64,000 bases of DNA, from assembly GCA_963744995.1 (NCBI GenBank), contig CAVUWA010000010.1:480001-544000 (forward strand), given 5' to 3'. The DNA comes from Candidatus Eiseniibacteriota bacterium. GTDB taxonomy: Bacteria > Eisenbacteria > RBG-16-71-46. This document shows, in pieces, positions 60,262 through 64,000 of the stretch (positions are counted from its first letter, which is position 1; the number at the start of each line of letters is the position of its first letter). Both the position numbers and the translations under genes were made by a program. A model generated the notes under the pieces. That model saw nothing but the letters and a program-made list of their open reading frames with translations. It was not told where the DNA came from and searched no databases.

Positions 60262-62967
60262 ATGCCAGCGGACAGGAAGTTTCTCCTCGCGTTGGTGCTC
60301 GCAGCCGGGTTTTCGCTCGTTCTCTCGGGTCTGTCCTTCGACGACGCCGCCGCGCGCCCGAAGATCCGGGAGGCTTTCTTCACCGCCTACCCCAGCGCCG
60401 TGGGAACCGTGCTCGACGATCTGCCGAGCAATTCGGGCCACTGCGGCGTCTGCCACTTCGACTTCAACGGTGGCGGACCGCGCAACCCATGGGGCCGGGC
60501 GGTCGAGCAGGCGAAGAACACCGCCGGCTGCGGCAACAACGACGTCTCCTGCATCAGCGCGGCCATTCTCACCATTCCGGTGAGCGACCACGACGGCGAC
60601 GGAGTCGACAGCCAGGTCGAGATCACCGACCACATGACGATGTACACGAACACCCCCACGTTCCCCGGTCTCTCGACCGCACAGGTGGACAGCGTCTCCA
60701 ACGTGGACCTGAACGACATCCTCGCCTACCTGACCCCGACCACCGGCGCAGACACGGAAGCCCCGGTCGTCACGGTCACCTCTCCGAACGGTGGAGAGCA
60801 CTGGACGGGCGGCACGGGGCAGACGGTCACCTGGACGGCGACCGACAACGTCGGCGTGACGGCCGTCGACATCTTCTACAGGGACGAAGCCGACCATCCG
60901 TGGGTCATGGTGGCGCGCAGTCTCGCGAACACCGGCTCGGCGACCTGGTTCGTGCGCAACACACCGACGCTCGAAGCGTCGGTGCGGGTGCTCGCCCGCG
61001 ACGCGGTGGGCAACGCCGGTGAAGACTCCAGCAATGCGGCTTTCGAGATCGTCGCCACCCCGGGCGGCATCGCGCCGACCACGCTGCGCGATTTCGAGCA
61101 GCCCGGCACGCAGCCGTTCGAAGGCGGCACCTTCAGCGACCACACCGCGTGCACCAGTTGCCACGGTGGCTACGATACGGCGGTCGAGCCGGGCCACGCC
61201 TTCCTCGGCATGATGATGGGCCAGGCCGCCCGCGATCCGCTGTTCGAGGCGTGCCTCGCGATCGCGGAGCAGGACGCGCCGTCGGCGGGCGACCTGTGCC
61301 TGCGCTGCCACACGCCGTTCGGCTGGATGTCGGGCCGCAGCCAGCCCACGAGCGGCACCCAGCTCACGACGCTCGATCGTGACGGCGTGTCGTGCGACTT
61401 CTGCCACCGTGCGGTGGATCCCGTCTACAAGTCCGGCGTCAGCCCGTCCGAGGATCAGGCGGTTCTCGATGCCCTGGGCTCGCACGTGCCGACCGGGTAT
61501 TCCAACGGCCAGTACGTGATCGACCCCAACACGCGCAGGCGCGGACCGTTCGGCGACGCGGCGGCCCCGCATCCGTTCCTCGAGTCGCCCTTCCATCGCT
61601 CGTCGGACTTCTGCGGGACCTGCCACGACGTCTCGAACCCCGTGTTCGAGCGCGTCGCAGGCGCGGATTACACGGTCGGACCGCTCGATCAGGCGGCCGA
61701 CTCGATCTCGTCGCTGACCAACATGCCGCTGGAGCGCACCTACAGCGAGTGGAAGAACAGCTCGTTCCCGGCGGGCATCTACGCGCCGGAGTTCGCCGGC
61801 AACAAGGCCGACGGCATCGTGGCGCAGTGCCAGGACTGTCACATGCCCGACGTCTCCGGACGCGGCTGCAACGACGTGGCTGCGCCGATCCGTGACAACC
61901 TGCCGTTCCACGACCTCACCGGCGGCAACGCGTGGATGGGCCCGGTCATCGCCGGTCTGTATCCGGGCGAGACCGATGCCGCCGCACTGGACGACGGCGC
62001 CGCACGGGCGACCTCCATGCTGCAGCGCGCGGCGACCGTGGATCTCGAGGTACAGGCCGTGGCCGACAGCTTCGAGGCCATGGTCACGGTGACCAACCGC
62101 AGCGGCCACAAGCTGCCCACCGGCTATCCGGAGGGCCGGCGCATGTGGCTGCACGTCGTGGCCAAGGACGATCTCGACAACGTGGTCTACGAGTCGGGGC
62201 ACTACGACGACGGCACCGGTGTGCTCGATCACGACGCCGACGCGCGCATCTACGAGATCAAGCTCGGCATCTCGCCCGGGCTCGGCTCCGCGCTGGCCGT
62301 CGCAAACGGCGAATCGTTCCACTTCGCGCTCAACGATTCGGTCTTCAAGGACAACCGGATTCCGCCGCTCGGCTTCACCGCGACCGCTTTCGATGCGTTC
62401 GGCGGGGCACCGGTGGATCCGACGCAGCCGGCGCCACGTTACGCGGACGGGCAGAACTGGGACGTCTCGACGTTCGGTCTGCCGCAGACCGCGCGCAGCG
62501 TGAAGGCGACGCTCTACTACCAGACGACTTCGAAAGAGTACGTCGAGTTCCTGCAGAGCGAGAATTCCAGCACCAGCGCCGGCGACGACCTGTATGCGGC
62601 GTGGACCGGAAACGGCCGCGCCGCGCCGGTCGCGATGGCGGCGGATTCCGCCACGTTCACGCCGGTCGGGATCGAGTTGCCGGCGTCGCTCGCGCGGCTG
62701 TCACTGAGCCCGCGGGCGAACCCGTTCGCGGGGACGCTCAGGCTCGAGCTGGTGCTGCCGCAGCGCGCGGAGGTGCAGCTCGAGGTATTCGACGCGCTCG
62801 GCCGGCGGGTGACCCGTCGCAGCTACGGGCTGCTCCAGCCCGGGGACCACGAGATCACCTGGGACGGCACCAACGCGGCGGGCCACGACGCGGGCACCGG
62901 CGTGTTCTGGGCCCGCGTGCAGGCGGGCGGTCGCGTGCTGGGGCGCCAGGTCGTCAGGTTGCGTTGA
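60262..62967 (+). CDS. Secreted multiheme (6 CxxCH) cytochrome c with Ig-like and FlgD/T9SS-like C-terminal domains
   Basis: Signal peptide; CGVCH, CTSCH, CLRCH, CDFCH, CGTCH, CQDCH; SPNGGE Ig module; GHKLPTG; tail ANPF...VFDALGRRV...WDG..GTGVFW. Confidence 0.88.
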   Translation: MPADRKFLLALVLAAGFSLVLSGLSFDDAAARPKIREAFFTAYPSAVGTVLDDLPSNSGHCGVCHFDFNGGGPRNPWGRAVEQAKNTAGCGNNDVSCISAAILTIPVSDHDGDGVDSQVEITDHMTMYTNTPTFPGLSTAQVDSVSNVDLNDILAYLTPTTGADTEAPVVTVTSPNGGEHWTGGTGQTVTWTATDNVGVTAVDIFYRDEADHPWVMVARSLANTGSATWFVRNTPTLEASVRVLARDAVGNAGEDSSNAAFEIVATPGGIAPTTLRDFEQPGTQPFEGGTFSDHTACTSCHGGYDTAVEPGHAFLGMMMGQAARDPLFEACLAIAEQDAPSAGDLCLRCHTPFGWMSGRSQPTSGTQLTTLDRDGVSCDFCHRAVDPVYKSGVSPSEDQAVLDALGSHVPTGYSNGQYVIDPNTRRRGPFGDAAAPHPFLESPFHRSSDFCGTCHDVSNPVFERVAGADYTVGPLDQAADSISSLTNMPLERTYSEWKNSSFPAGIYAPEFAGNKADGIVAQCQDCHMPDVSGRGCNDVAAPIRDNLPFHDLTGGNAWMGPVIAGLYPGETDAAALDDGAARATSMLQRAATVDLEVQAVADSFEAMVTVTNRSGHKLPTGYPEGRRMWLHVVAKDDLDNVVYESGHYDDGTGVLDHDADARIYEIKLGISPGLGSALAVANGESFHFALNDSVFKDNRIPPLGFTATAFDAFGGAPVDPTQPAPRYADGQNWDVSTFGLPQTARSVKATLYYQTTSKEYVEFLQSENSSTSAGDDLYAAWTGNGRAAPVAMAADSATFTPVGIELPASLARLSLSPRANPFAGTLRLELVLPQRAEVQLEVFDALGRRVTRRSYGLLQPGDHEITWDGTNAAGHDAGTGVFWARVQAGGRVLGRQVVRLR

Positions 62968-62973
62968 GTCAGG

Positions 62974-63004
62974 CCCCGGGGCGGGCGCCGCGCCCGCCCC
63001 GGGG
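62974..63004. terminator. GC-rich hairpin between convergent genes (no U-tract)
   Basis: 14-bp stem CCCCGGGGCGGGCG-CCG-CGCCCGCCCCGGGG directly after the cytochrome stop. Confidence 0.5.
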
Positions 63005-63038
63005 ATCGCCGCCCGCCCGGGGCCCGGCGGCCTGACGA

Positions 63039-64000
63039 TCAGAACGTCGCCAGAATCCGGATGCCCGGCCCCCGGCCGCGCCCGAACGTCGGCACGATCC
63101 GCACCTGCGGCGTCTCGTGATCGGGGATGGGGAACCGGTCCGCCGCCGCAGCGTCATCCGGATGCGCCGCGGCCCGCGCCGCCCGCCGCGCGTCGCGCCG
63201 CGCGAGCAGCGTGCGCGAGATCAGCGCACCCGACACGGCGCCCGCATAGACATCCGAGGGCCAGTGGTTGCCCGAGTCGATGCGCTGCATGCACACCGAC
63301 GCCGCGGCAAAGTGCGTGATCGTCGAGACGGGTATGGACAGCGGCGTGTCGCGCGTCTCGTGCGCAGCGATCGCCGCCAGCTCGAACATCACCGAGGCAT
63401 GCCCGGACGGCATCGACGTGCCGTGCGGCGGATCGAACGCGCGCGGGCCCTGATCCTCGAACGGTCGCCGGCGGCCGACCGCCCACTTGCCGGCGTTGCG
63501 CAGGCCGCCGGCGGTCCAGTGGCTCTGCAAGATTTCCGCCGGCACCCGCTCGAGCGGCGTCCAGCGCGTGGCGAGTCCGGCCGCCAGCGCCCCGGCGTAA
63601 TAGATGTTGGTATGGCCCATGTTGCCGACCGGCTCCCAGCGGTCGCCGAGCCACAGCGCGGCGCGATAGAACTCGTTCCCGCGCGATCGCTGGAACGCGT
63701 CGTGGATCGCCTGGTCGTTCGCGTAGATCACGGTGCCCGCGCCGACGATGCCGGCCGTCCAGGCGGCGCTCTGCCAGTTCATGCGCGCGGGCGAAGACGC
63801 GACGTACCAGGCGTCCTCGAAGAACACGGCGACCGCGCCGAGCGGCCCGCCCGCGGCCACCGCGGGCGGCGGACTCAGTGCGGCGAGGAGGAGCGCCGCG
63901 AGCGCGCCCCGGCGGAAGACGCGGCGGAAGACGCGGCGGCGGGCACCGGACGCAACCGCACCCGGCGCCCGCCGCCCGCACCCGACGTCTGCGCGCTTCC
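63039..64000 (-). CDS. PAP2 family phosphatase (start probably outside the window)
   Basis: KWAVGRRRP, PSGH, QRIDSGNHWPSDV. The frame stays open to the edge through a signal-like RRVFRRGALAALLLAAL segment. Confidence 0.85.
   Translation of the reverse strand, partial: KRADVGCGRRAPGAVASGARRRVFRRVFRRGALAALLLAALSPPPAVAAGGPLGAVAVFFEDAWYVASSPARMNWQSAAWTAGIVGAGTVIYANDQAIHDAFQRSRGNEFYRAALWLGDRWEPVGNMGHTNIYYAGALAAGLATRWTPLERVPAEILQSHWTAGGLRNAGKWAVGRRRPFEDQGPRAFDPPHGTSMPSGHASVMFELAAIAAHETRDTPLSIPVSTITHFAAASVCMQRIDSGNHWPSDVYAGAVSGALISRTLLARRDARRAARAAAHPDDAAAADRFPIPDHETPQVRIVPTFGRGRGPGIRILATF

Noticed and set aside
63910..63939. 12-bp tandem duplication (CGGCGGAAGACG x2.5) encoding RRVFRRVFRR
   Set aside because: In-frame micro-duplication in a signal-peptide n-region; too short to imply a mechanism.

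Overview
This is a high-GC bacterial chromosomal segment, mostly coding on the minus strand, with about 45 CDS. I found no rRNA, tRNA, CRISPR array, integrase or transposase. Four secreted proteins end in a FlgD-Ig/T9SS-like C-terminal domain, which together with the GC content suggests an FCB-group lineage such as Ca. Eisenbacteria (inference only). Housekeeping genes: ppdK, dusB, ctpA, tmk, ino1, rsmI, ltaE, hup, ilvC, priA, tsaD, cutA, larB and larC. These are interleaved with several less ordinary modules: (i) a six-hairpin glycosidase-like lipoprotein flanked by three paralogues of an unnamed RSSFER...WG[LMF]PWDA family, the middle copy frameshifted; (ii) an M16 peptidase pair in which both subunits lack an intact HxxEH motif; (iii) a 10-kb cell-surface locus with two FN3-like-repeat lipoproteins and a ~1480-aa S-layer-like protein that has a long structured leader; (iv) an operon with a sigma54-type promoter encoding REC-GGDEF, two tandem GAF-histidine kinase-GAF-HD-GYP fusions and a lone REC; (v) a 194-bp Y-shaped palindromic element; (vi) a zincin plus Ddl-like ATP-grasp pair; (vii) a hexaheme cytochrome c with the same FlgD/T9SS-like tail. 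All calls come from motifs read by eye; no database searches were run.
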